Shown here one piece after another: positions 31,308 through 42,080 of a DNA stretch of 64,000 nt. The notes under the pieces are model-generated. The model was not told the origin of the DNA. It did not search any database and saw only the letters and a list, made by a program, of their open reading frames with translations. The DNA lies in the NCBI GenBank assembly GCA_965206645.1, contig CBDBKE010000004.1, positions 448,001 through 512,000 on the forward strand. The letters run 5' to 3'. Both the position numbers and the translations under genes were made by a program. The number at the start of each line of letters is the position of its first letter. The first letter of the stretch is position 1. This stretch comes from Terriglobia bacterium. Lineage in GTDB: Bacteria > Acidobacteriota > Terriglobia > JAJPHL01 > JAPKYU01.

Positions 31308-32111
31308 GGTACTGTCAAGTTCAGTGGGAGCGTGGCAGACTTGGCCGATGAAACGCGACACGCTGAGCTACCATGGATATCGATTCCCACCCGACATTAT
31401 CAGCCACGCCGTCTGGCTGTATCACCGCTTCGGTGTGAGCTTTCGCGATGTCGAAGATCTCCTGGCCCAACGCGGCATTACGGCGTCCTACGAAGCGATC
31501 CGGCTGTGGTGCCTCACGGTCGGTTCAGTATACGCTCGCCGGCTCAAGCGTCGACAGGGCCGGCTGGGCGACATCTGGCACCTGGACGAGGTCTTCGTCA
31601 CCATCCAGGGACAGCGGCGCTATCTCTGGCGTGCCGTCGATCAAGATGGTGACGTCATCGATATCCTCGTCCAGTCGCATCGCGACTGTCGGGCGGCTAC
31701 ACGCTTTTTCCGCAAGCTGTTGAAGGGCCAGGAGCGTACGCCTGGGCGGTTGGTCACCGACAAGCTGAGCAGCTACAGGGCTGCGCACCGAGCGGTCATG
31801 CCGTCCGTCGCCCATCGCACGGACCGATACGAGAACAATCGCGCCGAAGTCTCCCACCAGCCCACACGGCAACGCGAGCGACAAATGCGCCGGTTCAAAT
31901 CTCCCGGGCAGGCACAACGATTCTTGTCCGTGCATGGACTCGTCCGCAACCTCTTCCGCGTTGGCCGTCACCTGGTGCGAGCGGTGCATCATCGGGAGCT
32001 ACGAGGACGCTCTTTTCTCATTTGGGATGCAGTCACGATCGCCGCCTGACTCGAACTGAGATCACGATCCCGAGTACCGGCTCGCTCGACGAACGCTAAC
32101 TTGACAGTACC
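31308..32111 (+). mobile_element. IS6-family element (transposase 31348-32049)
   Basis: 14-bp perfect IRs GGTACTGTCAAGTT; WHLDE, YLWRAVD, VTDK, NNRAE; no TSD. Confidence 0.95.
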
Positions 32112-32117
32112 AACCCA

Positions 32118-32379
32118 ATGGGTGAGAGCGGAAAACAGGGATTTCAGCTGTCGTTCAACCGATTTCTGCGAGTCGGGTTTCAGGGATCACGGGTGACTTC
32201 CAATGGTGGACTGATTCTGGTCCGGGAGTTGGATGAGCGTCTGGGATGCAGCGAACTCATTGACGAGCACCTGACCGATTCGCGGGCAAACAATGCTCGG
32301 TTTTCTTTCGCGGACTTGCTGCGGCAGTCGGTATACAGTCGCCTAGCTGGATACGAGGATGTCAATGATGCCGAGCGGC
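32118..32379 (+). pseudogene. IS1380 transposase N-terminal fragment
   Basis: MGESGKQGFQLSFNR..AGYEDVNDAER, then cut off. Confidence 0.85.
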
Positions 32380-32830
32380 GGCGTTGTTGCGTAATTCGCG
32401 CTCGCGGCGAACCGGGCCGAGAAGCTCATCCGTCTCAGTACACGCGCTCCGATCGTGGCATTCCAAGCTCCGCCATCCGGTTCAGCACAGCGCACTTGAT
32501 CGCGGCTTCGACTTTTTGGTTCTTGACCGTGCGGGCCGAGAGGCTTACCCCGAGTATCGCCTTGTACCGTGAGACCGCATTCTCCGCCACGCTCTGGCGA
32601 GTGCAGCCACTCGACTTCCGCCACACATAACGGCCCTGCGTCCTAATACGCCGGAGATGGGTATCACGCATCGCACGCCACGGAGGCGGATGAGAGTCTC
32701 GGCTGCATCGTGCATTGCGTCGCGGCAAGATCGTCACGATAGCGTCGTGCTGGAGCACGGCCTCGTAGCAGGAACCCGTGTCGTAGGCCCGGTCTGCGGA
32801 GACTTGCCCGATCGAACCAGGAGTCTTAGA
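32380..32830 (-). pseudogene. IS5-family (IS903-like) right end plus transposase C-terminus
   Basis: IR GGCGTTGTTGCGTAA; ADRAYD, RQSVAEN..RYK, LNRM..LGMP. Confidence 0.8.
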
Positions 32831-33216
32831 GCGGATGTCCGCCTTGCCGTCTACGAACCTGAACCTGACGCTGCCGCTGAGCCGGTCAGGAAACCAGATT
32901 CCGGTGGGCAAGGTGGTGATCACGTCACCCACGTTGTACCGTGTTTCGGCTGTATCGTCTCCGCCGGTGGGAATATCAATCAACCGCCAGTCGTATTCTA
33001 CGCTCGATCCGTCGTCGCACGTGGAGGTTGCGGTGCCCGAGTTCGTCGAATCAAACGTAAGGCTGGCCGTACAGCGATCGCCGTCATCGTAGTTAAACGA
33101 GAAGCGCATTGTCTTCGGAACCCTCGACAACGATCCGATCGCCGTCTTCCGGGACAAGCTGTGGCCCGGAAAAGAAGTCGCGGTCAGCTTCATCATGGAC
33201 CATGTGAAAGACTAGG

Positions 33217-33624
33217 TCACGCAGACCTCACGATTCTTTCCACCTTCGATATCACTCGGTCGAGATCCTTCTTTATTTCGTGCTCCCAAAGTCGAATGAC
33301 TGTCCAATCGGCACCACGTAAGCGCCGAAAGTTCCGTTGATCTCGTCTCCTGTTTGCGCGCAACTTCGATCTCCAAAACTCGGACAATTTATGTTCCCAC
33401 GCTGGCAATCGCCATCCGTGCCAAAAATCACCGTCAATGAAGATCGCAACCATATTCTTCCGAAACACTATATCGGGAGTCCCTTCTACTTTTTTATAAT
33501 TTGTCTGAAAACGCAGACCGATCTTCCGAAGCTCCTGCTGAATCAATAGCTCCAAGGGGCCATCTCTAAGCTTCACGCATTTCATTGCGTGTGAGCGCTG
33601 AGCAGGTGTCATATGATCAGGCAT
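33217..33624 (-). CDS. vsr: very short patch repair endonuclease
   Basis: MPDHMTPAQRSHAM, GTPDIV, FIDGDFWHG, W.VIRLWEHE. Confidence 0.92.
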   Translation of the reverse strand: MPDHMTPAQRSHAMKCVKLRDGPLELLIQQELRKIGLRFQTNYKKVEGTPDIVFRKNMVAIFIDGDFWHGWRLPAWEHKLSEFWRSKLRANRRRDQRNFRRLRGADWTVIRLWEHEIKKDLDRVISKVERIVRSA

Positions 33625-33655
33625 GATGGACGACTCCTGAAATGCCACTCTGTAA

Positions 33656-34382
33656 TCATTTTGACTTCGACAAGATCGTCTTGACTCTTCCCTTGATGTT
33701 TTCCCGAACGGTCGAGAGCTTCTTTTTCGCCGCAATCGTCAAAAGAGCGGTGTGTGCCACTGCGTCTCTGATAGGCTTGTATTCTTTCGCGTCTCTTGCC
33801 AAACAAGCTTCTGTCGCAGCGTCTCTCTTATCGATCAGATTGGCGAGGCCGTCCATGGACAAATAACTTAGATTATTGGGTTCCCTACGAATGTCTATGC
33901 TGATGTTGCCTCTGTCCTTGCTGATGTTTTCCCTGTCTTTCCATTGTTTCGCGTCGGTTTTCGCCTTCTTGGACAATGGGAGTTTTCTGTCATTGATAAA
34001 TGTCCTTACCAAGTTCTCTGAGATGAAACAGTCGGCATAAGATTCGAAGTTGAACGTAGCATCGCTAGACAACCCAGCAACCCAACCACCAACCGTACCC
34101 CTATTCACCGAGCCTCTAGCAAGACCGTATTCCTTGGACACAGCCCCATACAAACCAAGCGACGCCCTTTGCTTTTTTGTCAGCCTTGGATTGTGAGGAT
34201 CACCCTCCTCCCGATGTTTTATTCGCCACTTGTCCCAATCCTCAACGACTTTCAGAATGGTCTTCCGAAATGCTACTAAGAACTTCGTATACTTAGGATC
34301 GGCGGCGACGATGCCCTCGCGACTACTCGTAAACCGATCGGTCGCATCATCCAGGGCATCGAAATGAACCTGGCCATATAGA
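33656..34382 (-). pseudogene. C-terminal part of a low-GC gene (possibly an RM-associated GHKL/HATPase), cut by IS1380
   Basis: YGQVHFDALD..FTSSREGI resembles the MORC/HATPase S5-fold region; the end has IRDAVAH (RxxxxH). Confidence 0.5.
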
Positions 34383-35500
34383 CCCGGATTTCCTTTATGA
34401 ACTATCGGCGGCAACCTTCTGAATGACTCCAACGTCAGTATTGATGCGGGTTCCAGCATCAATACTGCCTTCCGGAGGTGTACACCGAATGGGTGAGAGC
34501 CAAAAACAGGCGTTTCAACTGTCATTCAACCGGTTTCTGCGGGTCACATTTCAGGGATCGCGAATCACTTCCGACGGCGGTCTGATTGTGGTGCGCGAGT
34601 TGGACGAACGTTTGAGGTTCGGCGAACTTATCGAACAGCACTTGATCGACTCTCGGGGGAAGAACACCCGGTTGCCCCTCGCTGACTTGCTGCGGCAGTC
34701 CATCTACAGCCGCTTGGCAGGATACGAAGACGTCAACGACGCCGAGCGGCTTTCCCAAGATCCGACGTTCCGGCTGATCGGTTCGGAGAAGATCTGGGAA
34801 CGTGGCGCAGCCCTGACTTCCCGGTTACAGTCGTTCGAGACAGAACTGCTGACGCAAGACGAGAACCTTGCTGGTTTGGCAGCGATCAACCGGGATTTGA
34901 TCGCCAGGGCGGAAGCTATGGATGCGCCGCGCCGGGTGGTGCTGGACATGGACAGCACCGAGATCCCGGTCTACGGCGAACAGGAGCAGAGCGCCTACAA
35001 CGGGCATTTCGAGTCGAGTTGCTATCACCCGTTGTTGCTGTTCAGTCGCGAGGGTGACTGTCTGGCGGCCAAGCTGCGACCCGGCAACGTGCACAGCGCC
35101 GAGGATTGGGAAGAACTTCTCCTGCCAGAGATCGAACGGCAGCAGAAGCTGGGCAAGGAAGTGGTGTTTCGCGCCGACGCCGCCTTCGCCAAGCCGGAGA
35201 TCTACGACGCACTGGAGGAGCGGGACGTGAAGTATGCGATTCGCATCCCGACCAACGACAGTCTGGAGAGGGACATCGCGGAGTTGTTGACGCGGTCAGT
35301 GGGGCGACCGAGCCACAAGCCGGTGGTCTGGTACAAGAGCTTTCTCTACCAGGCAGCCAGTTGGAAAAAGGCGCGGCGGGTGGTGGCGAAGGTGGAGTTC
35401 CACTTTGGCGAACTGTTCCCTCGCGTGGGGTTCATCGTCACCAATCTGGAGACCGACAGCCGGGCGGTGGTCCGGTTCTACAACAAGCGGGGCACCGCAG
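34383..35500 (+). mobile_element. IS1380-family element, truncated by IS3 (transposase from 34489)
   Basis: End CCCGGATTTCC; VLDMDST, RADAAF, FYNKRGTA, then the IS3 IR. Confidence 0.9.
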
Positions 35501-36750
35501 TGACCAGACCGATTTTTTGTACCAACCGTAGTGAGAGTTTACATCGCAGCCTGGGGCTGTGAAACTGGTTTCAGTGGCAGGGGAGGGCTATAGGCCCCCG
35601 GCGCCGGGGGCCTATAGCCGAGCGCCGAGTGCGGCCGCACCGTGTTGTATTGCACCCTCCACTGTTCAATCACCACCTGTGCCTCCTTCAACGAGTAGAA
35701 GATCTCTCCATTCAGGCATTCGTCCCGCAGCTTCCCATTGAAACTCTCGCAGTACCCGTTCTCCCAGGGACTGCCCGGTTCGATGTACAGTGTCCCGGTC
35801 CCTAGATTTGCCAACCACTGGCGCAGTTGTTTGGCGATGAACTCGGGACCATTGTCGGATCGAATCTGTTCCGGTATCCCTCGCCACAACATCACGTCCG
35901 ACAACGCCTCAATGATTTGTTGGCTGCCCATCCTCCGCTCCACCCGGATCGCCAGGCATTCCCGCGTGTACTCATCCAGCAAGGTCAGCAGCCGCAGCGT
36001 TCTCCCCTCGTGCGTTCTGGCACTCATGAAGTCGTAGCTCCACACGTGGTTCGGTCGCTCCGGCCTCAGTCGTACACAGGAACCGTCGTTCAGCCACAGC
36101 CGTCCTCGCGGCCTTTGTTTTTGCGGCACTTTCAGCCCTTCCCGCCGCCAAATCCGCTGCACCCGGTCCTTGCCCACTTCCCAGCCCGCACTCCGCAGCA
36201 ACGCTGTGATCCTCCGGTAGCCATATCGCCCGTACTTCGCTCCCAGGGCAATGATCGCTCGGGTCAGAGCATCCTCGTCCACCCGATGAATCGGCTCGTA
36301 TCGTTGTGTCCCTCGCCATTGCCCCAGCAGCCGGCAGGCATGCCGTTCCGACAACCCGTGTTGCTCCCACGCACGCTCCACCGCACAACGCCGCCGCTCA
36401 GGGCTCAGAAGTTTCCCTGTGCCACATCCCGCAGCACCTGCTTCTCCAGAGAAAGCTCCGCTACCAACCGCTTCAGCCGCGTGTTTTCCTTCTCCAACTC
36501 CTTTAGCCGTTTTGCCTGCACCACCTTCAGCCCGCCGTATTCCTTCCGCCACCGGTAGTAGGTTTGGGTGTGGATTCCAGCTTCTTTGCAGGCTTGGGGC
36601 GCAGTCTTCCCGTTCCCCATCTGCACTTCTATCTGCCGTAGCACCGCTACAATCTGCTCCGGCTTGTAACTCCTTGTCGGCATGACCTCACTTCCTCCTC
36701 AAGTGGATTCTCTCTCTTTCCACTTGGTACAAAAAGTGCCGGTCAGGTCA
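35501..36750 (-). mobile_element. IS3-family (IS407-like) element: orfA 36405-36683, orfB to 35539
   Basis: TG...CA IRs TGACCAGACCGATTTTTTGTACCAA / TTGGTACAAAAAGTGCCGGTCAGGTCA; GGGAAAC frameshift site; WSYDF, SDNGPEF, ESFNGKLRDE. Confidence 0.95.
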
Positions 36751-36951
36751 CAACAGATGACCAATTACCTCATGGACCGTGCGGTCGAGCACGAGCGCGA
36801 AGCGCCGGTCAAGGAGAAGACGGCGGCGGAGTTGAGCCACCAATATTCTCATGCTCGCGGGCCTCAGATCAGCCAGACGCCGAAGCAATCCACGGAACAA
36901 CACGCGCAGAAGCTCCAACGCGAGGCTGGGTTGAGCCGGTAAGGAGCCGTC

Positions 36952-37848
36952 GTGTTCGATCCGCGAGACCTAGCTACCGATCCCCGCAGGACCGTAACGC
37001 GCCCCAGGCGCGACCACACCAAAGAACGAGAGCAAAGACAGCGCGACGGCCACCGGCGCGAATACGATCCCCGCACCGAGCGCCGGAACTTCCAGGAGCG
37101 GGCGGATCGGGCGGTGGCCGACCTGGGGATGTATCGGAGTGTCGCCTACCGCGATCTGGCCGATGCTCACTTCGATGGACACCCTTACGCGGCGCGTCGG
37201 GCCGTGGATCGCATGATTCGGGCCGGGCACGTCCGGGAGCACACTGCCGAGGGGCCGCAAGGCGGCGCCTACAAGGTGCTCACGCTCACCGAGCGCGGAG
37301 TAGAGCGGGCCGGGCGCGTAGCCCGCGAACAAGGGCTGGACCCGGCGCAGAAGGCATGGAGCGGCCTCGTGAAGCCCGGAGAGCTTCAACATGACGTGGC
37401 CGTGTTTCGAGCCGCAAGGATTGAGCAAGTGCGGTTGCTCGAACAAGGAGCCGTCCTCAAGCGGGTCCGCATTGACGCCGAACTCAAGCGCGAGGTCGCC
37501 CGCGCCACGGAAAGCGCGAGAGCGCGAGGCGGTAAGGAGGCGGCGGACGCCGCACGGTTCCAGGCGGCGGAAGAGTTGAGCCTCCCCGTCAAGGATGGAC
37601 GGGTGGAGTACCCGGACGCGCAGCTGGAGTACGACATCGAGGGCCGCAGCGGGCGCGTGAACGTCGAGATTGCGACCGAGCACTACAGCGCCAAGAGTAT
37701 CGGCGCAAAAGCCGCCGCTGGATTCGCCGTGCATGGAAGCAATGGGCGGGCGGCGGCACGAGTAGCGCGGGCGCTCGGCCAGGACCACAGCACCGGAGGC
37801 GGAGGAGGAAGCGGAGGCAGACGAGACAAGGGCTCCATCGAACTCTGA
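36952..37848 (+). CDS. replication-relaxation (MOBC-like) relaxase candidate
   Basis: wHTH-like region (LTLTERG), then HDVAV, YPDA..VNVEIATEHY..K (PD-(D/E)xK-like); first gene of the T4SS operon. Confidence 0.6.
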   Translation: MFDPRDLATDPRRTVTRPRRDHTKEREQRQRDGHRREYDPRTERRNFQERADRAVADLGMYRSVAYRDLADAHFDGHPYAARRAVDRMIRAGHVREHTAEGPQGGAYKVLTLTERGVERAGRVAREQGLDPAQKAWSGLVKPGELQHDVAVFRAARIEQVRLLEQGAVLKRVRIDAELKREVARATESARARGGKEAADAARFQAAEELSLPVKDGRVEYPDAQLEYDIEGRSGRVNVEIATEHYSAKSIGAKAAAGFAVHGSNGRAAARVARALGQDHSTGGGGGSGGRRDKGSIEL

Positions 37849-37858
37849 GGGAGAAGCG

Positions 37859-38182
37859 ATGCAACCGTGGAAAATCAGTGTCGGACTGACGGCCATCATC
37901 CTGGCCGTGGCCTTGATGGTGGCCGGCGAGAGCTTCGCTTATCTCAAGCCGTACTTAGGAATCATCGCAACCAACTACTGGCTACCCGTCGCGTGGTATG
38001 GCGGGCTGGCCGTGGTGACGCTGATGGTCACGCTCTACTCCGCCGCCCGCGCCTTGGGGCTGGCCGACATGGGCCGCAAGGTCGATCTGATGGAGCGGTC
38101 CATTCGGCGCGGGGAAGGCGGGCAAACCGAGCTTGCCGAGAAACTGGAACAAGAGGACCGGGGGCAGTTTCCCGGAGCCTGA
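37859..38182 (+). CDS. small two-TM membrane protein
   Basis: Two hydrophobic segments; operonic position. Confidence 0.7.
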   Translation: MQPWKISVGLTAIILAVALMVAGESFAYLKPYLGIIATNYWLPVAWYGGLAVVTLMVTLYSAARALGLADMGRKVDLMERSIRRGEGGQTELAEKLEQEDRGQFPGA

Positions 38183-38214
38183 TGCACAGCGACCCAACAG
38201 ACACGGAGGGAAGC

Positions 38215-38508
38215 ATGAAGGACAACAACTCAATCACCTGGAAGCGAGGAGCGCTGCTGGCGAGCATCCTTGCACTATCGGCGGGAGAACTCATGGCGCA
38301 GGGAACGAGCCCCTGGCTGCAAGCCATAGACGTGCTGCAGGCGGCGTTCACCGGACCCATTGCGCGAGGACTGAGCTTGATTGCCATCGTGGTGGGCGGG
38401 CTCATGTTCGCCTTTGGTGAAGGCGGCAGCAAAAAGGCCCTGGCCGGGATCGTCTTCGGTCTTGGCATGGCCATGGGCGCGGCCAACTTTCTGGCGTGGC
38501 TCTTCTGA
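38215..38508 (+). CDS. virB2: VirB2/TrbC pilin
   Basis: Signal peptide, SPW..FTGPIA, two TMs. Confidence 0.85.
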   Translation: MKDNNSITWKRGALLASILALSAGELMAQGTSPWLQAIDVLQAAFTGPIARGLSLIAIVVGGLMFAFGEGGSKKALAGIVFGLGMAMGAANFLAWLF

Positions 38509-38804
38509 TGGAGCGCGGCAAGACATGGCGCGGCTACCCGGCGCTTTCCAAACCCCTAACGATCATGGGCGTGGAACGGCGCTGGTTCCTTCTGAGCGCC
38601 ACGTTGGGCCTTGCCATGTGGAACGCCATCAACTCCATTGTGACCGGGGGAGTCATTTTCGCGGTGCTCTACGGCGTGGGATTTTGGGCCTGGAAACAAG
38701 ACCCCAACATGCTTGAAATCCTGCGAGCGTCGGCCAAGTTCCGCGTCCGCTACGATCCCGGCAAGTGGGCGGCTTCTCCCTGGACGATCCTGATTCGGAG
38801 ATAG
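38508..38804 (+). CDS. virB3: VirB3/TrbD
   Basis: ALSKPLTIMGVER, two TMs, DP motif; TGATG coupling. Confidence 0.85.
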   Translation: MERGKTWRGYPALSKPLTIMGVERRWFLLSATLGLAMWNAINSIVTGGVIFAVLYGVGFWAWKQDPNMLEILRASAKFRVRYDPGKWAASPWTILIRR

Positions 38805-38807
38805 CGC

Positions 38808-41231
38808 GTGAATGTGGACAACGAACTCCTGGACTACGAAGCGGCGGGATCGCTGGCCGAGGAACTGCCCTGGTGGGGCTGGCTGGGAGATGGGCAAACG
38901 TGTCTGACGCGGGCGGGAGAACTTCTGAGCATCGGGCGGGTGACACCCAGCGTCCTGGACGGCCAGACGCCCGAACAACTGGATCGAGTGATCGACCGCT
39001 GGCAGCGGATGTTGTCGGGGCTCGATTCCAGGACGCGGCTTTACTTCTATCTATTGCGCCGCCCGATCCGCTTTGCGGACGATACCGATGGCGCGACATC
39101 GAGCGTGGCCGCGCTCGGACGGCGCAAGCGGCGGGCGTTCCTCGCGGATCGAGTGCAGGACGTGAGCGCCTACGTTGCATGGGTTCACGATCCGCACCTG
39201 TCCGCCGTCACCACCGGGAGGACGGGCGGGCCGTGGTGGATGGCCTATGCCAAGAACTGGATGGCCCGGAGGCGGAACCGGCATGAATCCGTTTACCTCC
39301 ATTCCTCTATCGAATCCGCAGCAGCCAGCTTCCGGCAGCTGGTCGAGGCAAGCCGGGCGCTGGTCGATGACCTTACGCCGGTGCGGATGCTCGAAGCGCG
39401 GGAAGCGTCTCTCGTCTTGAATGAACTCACGAACCGGCCCGGAACCTTTTGGGACGGCGCGAGGGGCAGCGGCATGAACTGGCGGCTGGCCGTCTCAGAG
39501 CTCGAAGCGGAGCGGCGCAATCTGCGCCTGGACGGTGAACCCGTCATTCTCTACTCGCTGCTTTCGCCACCGGGAGCGGCCCGCGCCAATCTTCTGCAGG
39601 GTCTTTACCGGCTCGATGCAACGATGACGGTGACGCTCGAATGGCGGCCGCAGCGCCTCGATGCCGCCCGGCGCAAAATCCGTGGAGCGCAGCGGCATTA
39701 CTTCTCGAAGCGCTACTCGATGTCCGCGCACGTTCAGGAAACCGAGGGAACGGCGTCGGCGATGGTGGACACGGCGGCGGCGGCGGAATCCGACCGGCTG
39801 GGCGATGCCCTGGTCGAGTTGGAGACGGACGGGATCGCCTACGGCGACCTGGCCTTGACCGTGGCGATCCACGGCCCGCTATCCGAGACCGAGAGCCTGG
39901 ACGGGGATATTCGACGCATCTTTAACAGCCACGACGCCAAGGTGATCCGGGAAGGTTACGGGCAGCTTCCGGCCTGGTTCTCGCGGATGCCCGCGCAACC
40001 GCGACGGCGGCAGGTTCGATCCGTGTTTGTATCGGCGGGCGCGGTTGCTTCGATGGCCCCGATCTTCGGGCCGCCGGTGGGGACACCCCGGAGCGGCCAC
40101 TTGCGGAAGCCGGCGCTGGCGATCCTTGAGACCCAATGGCGGACTCCCTACCACTACGATCTGTTTCAGGGCGACGTGGGACACACGCTGGTTCTCGGCG
40201 CGACCGGCGCGGGTAAAAGTTTCTTGCTCAATTTCCTGCTGGTTCAGGCGCTCCAATACGATCCGCGTGTTCTCATTCTCGATCTCGGCGGCTCCTATCG
40301 CTGGCTGACGCAGTTTCTAGGGGGCGGCTATATGGAGCTATCCCCCGACGGGAGCGGGAGCGCCGGTTTTCGGTTGCGCCCCTTCTCGCTCCCGGTCGGG
40401 GAGCGGAGCTTCCAATTCCTCACCGGCTGGATATCGCGCTTGTTGAGGATCGGCGGGTGGAAACTCAGTGGCGAAGACCCCAGCGAGATTCGCGCCCGCG
40501 TCGAAGACCTCTACGCCTTTGCACCCCAGCGGCGGACCCTTGGGGTGCTGGTCCGTTCTCTTCCCGCAAAGATGTGGCCCGCTTTGGGCCGCTGGCACGG
40601 AGCCGGCGCGTGGGCCAGGTACTTTGACAACCCGGCGGACGGAGACGATCTCAACTTTCAAGACTGGCAGGTGATCGACATGGCGGGCGCGGCGGAGCAC
40701 GAAGACTTGTGCGAAGCGGCGCTGTTCTACCTTCTCGAACGGTTGCGGCTGGCTTTGGAGAACCCGGATGAGACCGCAAGGGTAAAACTCATGGTGGTCG
40801 ATGAAGCCTGGCGCTACCTGAAAGACCCGGCGGTGCTTTCCTATCTGGCCGAGGCCGCGAAGACCTGGCGCAAGAAGAACGCGGCGCTCGTCGTCGCCAC
40901 GCAGAGCGCCGTGGACGTAACCGGAACCGCAGGGGCGGAAGCGTTGCTCGAATCCATGCCGACCAAGCTATTCCTTGCCAATCCCGACTTGCCGGAGAAA
41001 GCCGCAGACACCTTCCGGCTCAACCCTTCGGAAATGAACACCATTCGCGGCTTGATCCCCAAACGGGAGCTTTATCTACGGCGCACCGACGCGGCGGGCA
41101 TCTTGCGGCTCGAAGTCGATCCAGCCAGCTATTGGCTCTATACCTCGTCGCCGGTCGATGCTCAGAAGCGGGCGGAAGCAGTCAAACAGTATGGCCTCAC
41201 CGAGGCCATTGAACATCTGTCCAGGAGGTAG
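38808..41231 (+). CDS. virB4: VirB4/TrbE ATPase
   Basis: GHTLVLGATGAGKS, VVDEAW, RK..ATQS. Confidence 0.93.
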   Translation: MNVDNELLDYEAAGSLAEELPWWGWLGDGQTCLTRAGELLSIGRVTPSVLDGQTPEQLDRVIDRWQRMLSGLDSRTRLYFYLLRRPIRFADDTDGATSSVAALGRRKRRAFLADRVQDVSAYVAWVHDPHLSAVTTGRTGGPWWMAYAKNWMARRRNRHESVYLHSSIESAAASFRQLVEASRALVDDLTPVRMLEAREASLVLNELTNRPGTFWDGARGSGMNWRLAVSELEAERRNLRLDGEPVILYSLLSPPGAARANLLQGLYRLDATMTVTLEWRPQRLDAARRKIRGAQRHYFSKRYSMSAHVQETEGTASAMVDTAAAAESDRLGDALVELETDGIAYGDLALTVAIHGPLSETESLDGDIRRIFNSHDAKVIREGYGQLPAWFSRMPAQPRRRQVRSVFVSAGAVASMAPIFGPPVGTPRSGHLRKPALAILETQWRTPYHYDLFQGDVGHTLVLGATGAGKSFLLNFLLVQALQYDPRVLILDLGGSYRWLTQFLGGGYMELSPDGSGSAGFRLRPFSLPVGERSFQFLTGWISRLLRIGGWKLSGEDPSEIRARVEDLYAFAPQRRTLGVLVRSLPAKMWPALGRWHGAGAWARYFDNPADGDDLNFQDWQVIDMAGAAEHEDLCEAALFYLLERLRLALENPDETARVKLMVVDEAWRYLKDPAVLSYLAEAAKTWRKKNAALVVATQSAVDVTGTAGAEALLESMPTKLFLANPDLPEKAADTFRLNPSEMNTIRGLIPKRELYLRRTDAAGILRLEVDPASYWLYTSSPVDAQKRAEAVKQYGLTEAIEHLSRR

Positions 41232-41237
41232 CTGATT

Positions 41238-42080
41238 ATGTTGAAGATCATTCCACTCGTGATGGCGGCGCTGCTTGCCCTGTCGTTGCCGCTGATCGCT
41301 CAGGACGGCGGGCAGGTCCTGCGCGTCATCGAGGCCCAGGATCAAATCATCCAGATTCGGGCCAAGACCCGGCACACCACCGTCATCGTGCTTCCCGCGA
41401 CGGAAAACGTGCTGGATTTTGTCGTGGGGGATTCCGAGTACTGGCACCTGACCGGGGCCGCTAATCTGGCCTTCCTCAAACCCATCGCCGAGGGCGTGAC
41501 TACCAACGTCGCGCTGGTTTGCGCCTCCGGTCGCATCTACTCGTTCCTCGTCACCGAGCGGAGCGCGGGAGATCCGCACCTGGTGGTTCGCATCGAGGCG
41601 CAGGGAGAAGCCGACCCGCGCATTTCACCGACCGGGCACGAACCGGCCTTTGTCGCTCGCTCCCAGGTCGCGGCCTATCAGCAGATGGCGGAAACGGCCA
41701 TCGAGACGGCCAAGGCCGCGCAGGTAGACGCGGATAACCGGATCGCGGAGGCGGCGGCGGAGGAGGCACAGAAAACCGAGGCGTTCCGGGCGGAGTATCC
41801 CACGCGCCTCAAGTTCCCTTACCGATTGGAGGACAAGGCGAAGAAATGGCCGTTTCTGGTCGAAGGGATGTGGCATGACGGGCGGTTTACCTACCTTCGC
41901 GCCAACCCCCAGGAGTCGCCCGCGCTGTACGAAGAGAAGGACGGGAAACCGGCGCTGGTGGCCTACGATCTGGGCGAGGACGGGCTGTATATCGCCCGTC
42001 ACGTTTTAGGTGACGGCTGGTTGCAGATCGGCAAACAAAAAGTCCGATGGCGCTTCACGGCGCCGGAGATCGGACCGTGA
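41238..42080 (+). CDS. virB9: VirB9/TrbG
   Basis: Signal peptide, GDSEYW, FLKP..TTN, HDGRFTY..PALY. Confidence 0.85.
   Translation: MLKIIPLVMAALLALSLPLIAQDGGQVLRVIEAQDQIIQIRAKTRHTTVIVLPATENVLDFVVGDSEYWHLTGAANLAFLKPIAEGVTTNVALVCASGRIYSFLVTERSAGDPHLVVRIEAQGEADPRISPTGHEPAFVARSQVAAYQQMAETAIETAKAAQVDADNRIAEAAAEEAQKTEAFRAEYPTRLKFPYRLEDKAKKWPFLVEGMWHDGRFTYLRANPQESPALYEEKDGKPALVAYDLGEDGLYIARHVLGDGWLQIGKQKVRWRFTAPEIGP

Noticed and set aside
36751-36942. C-terminal tail of a gene cut by IS3 (possibly ArdC- or relaxase-like)
   Set aside because: Too short to assign.
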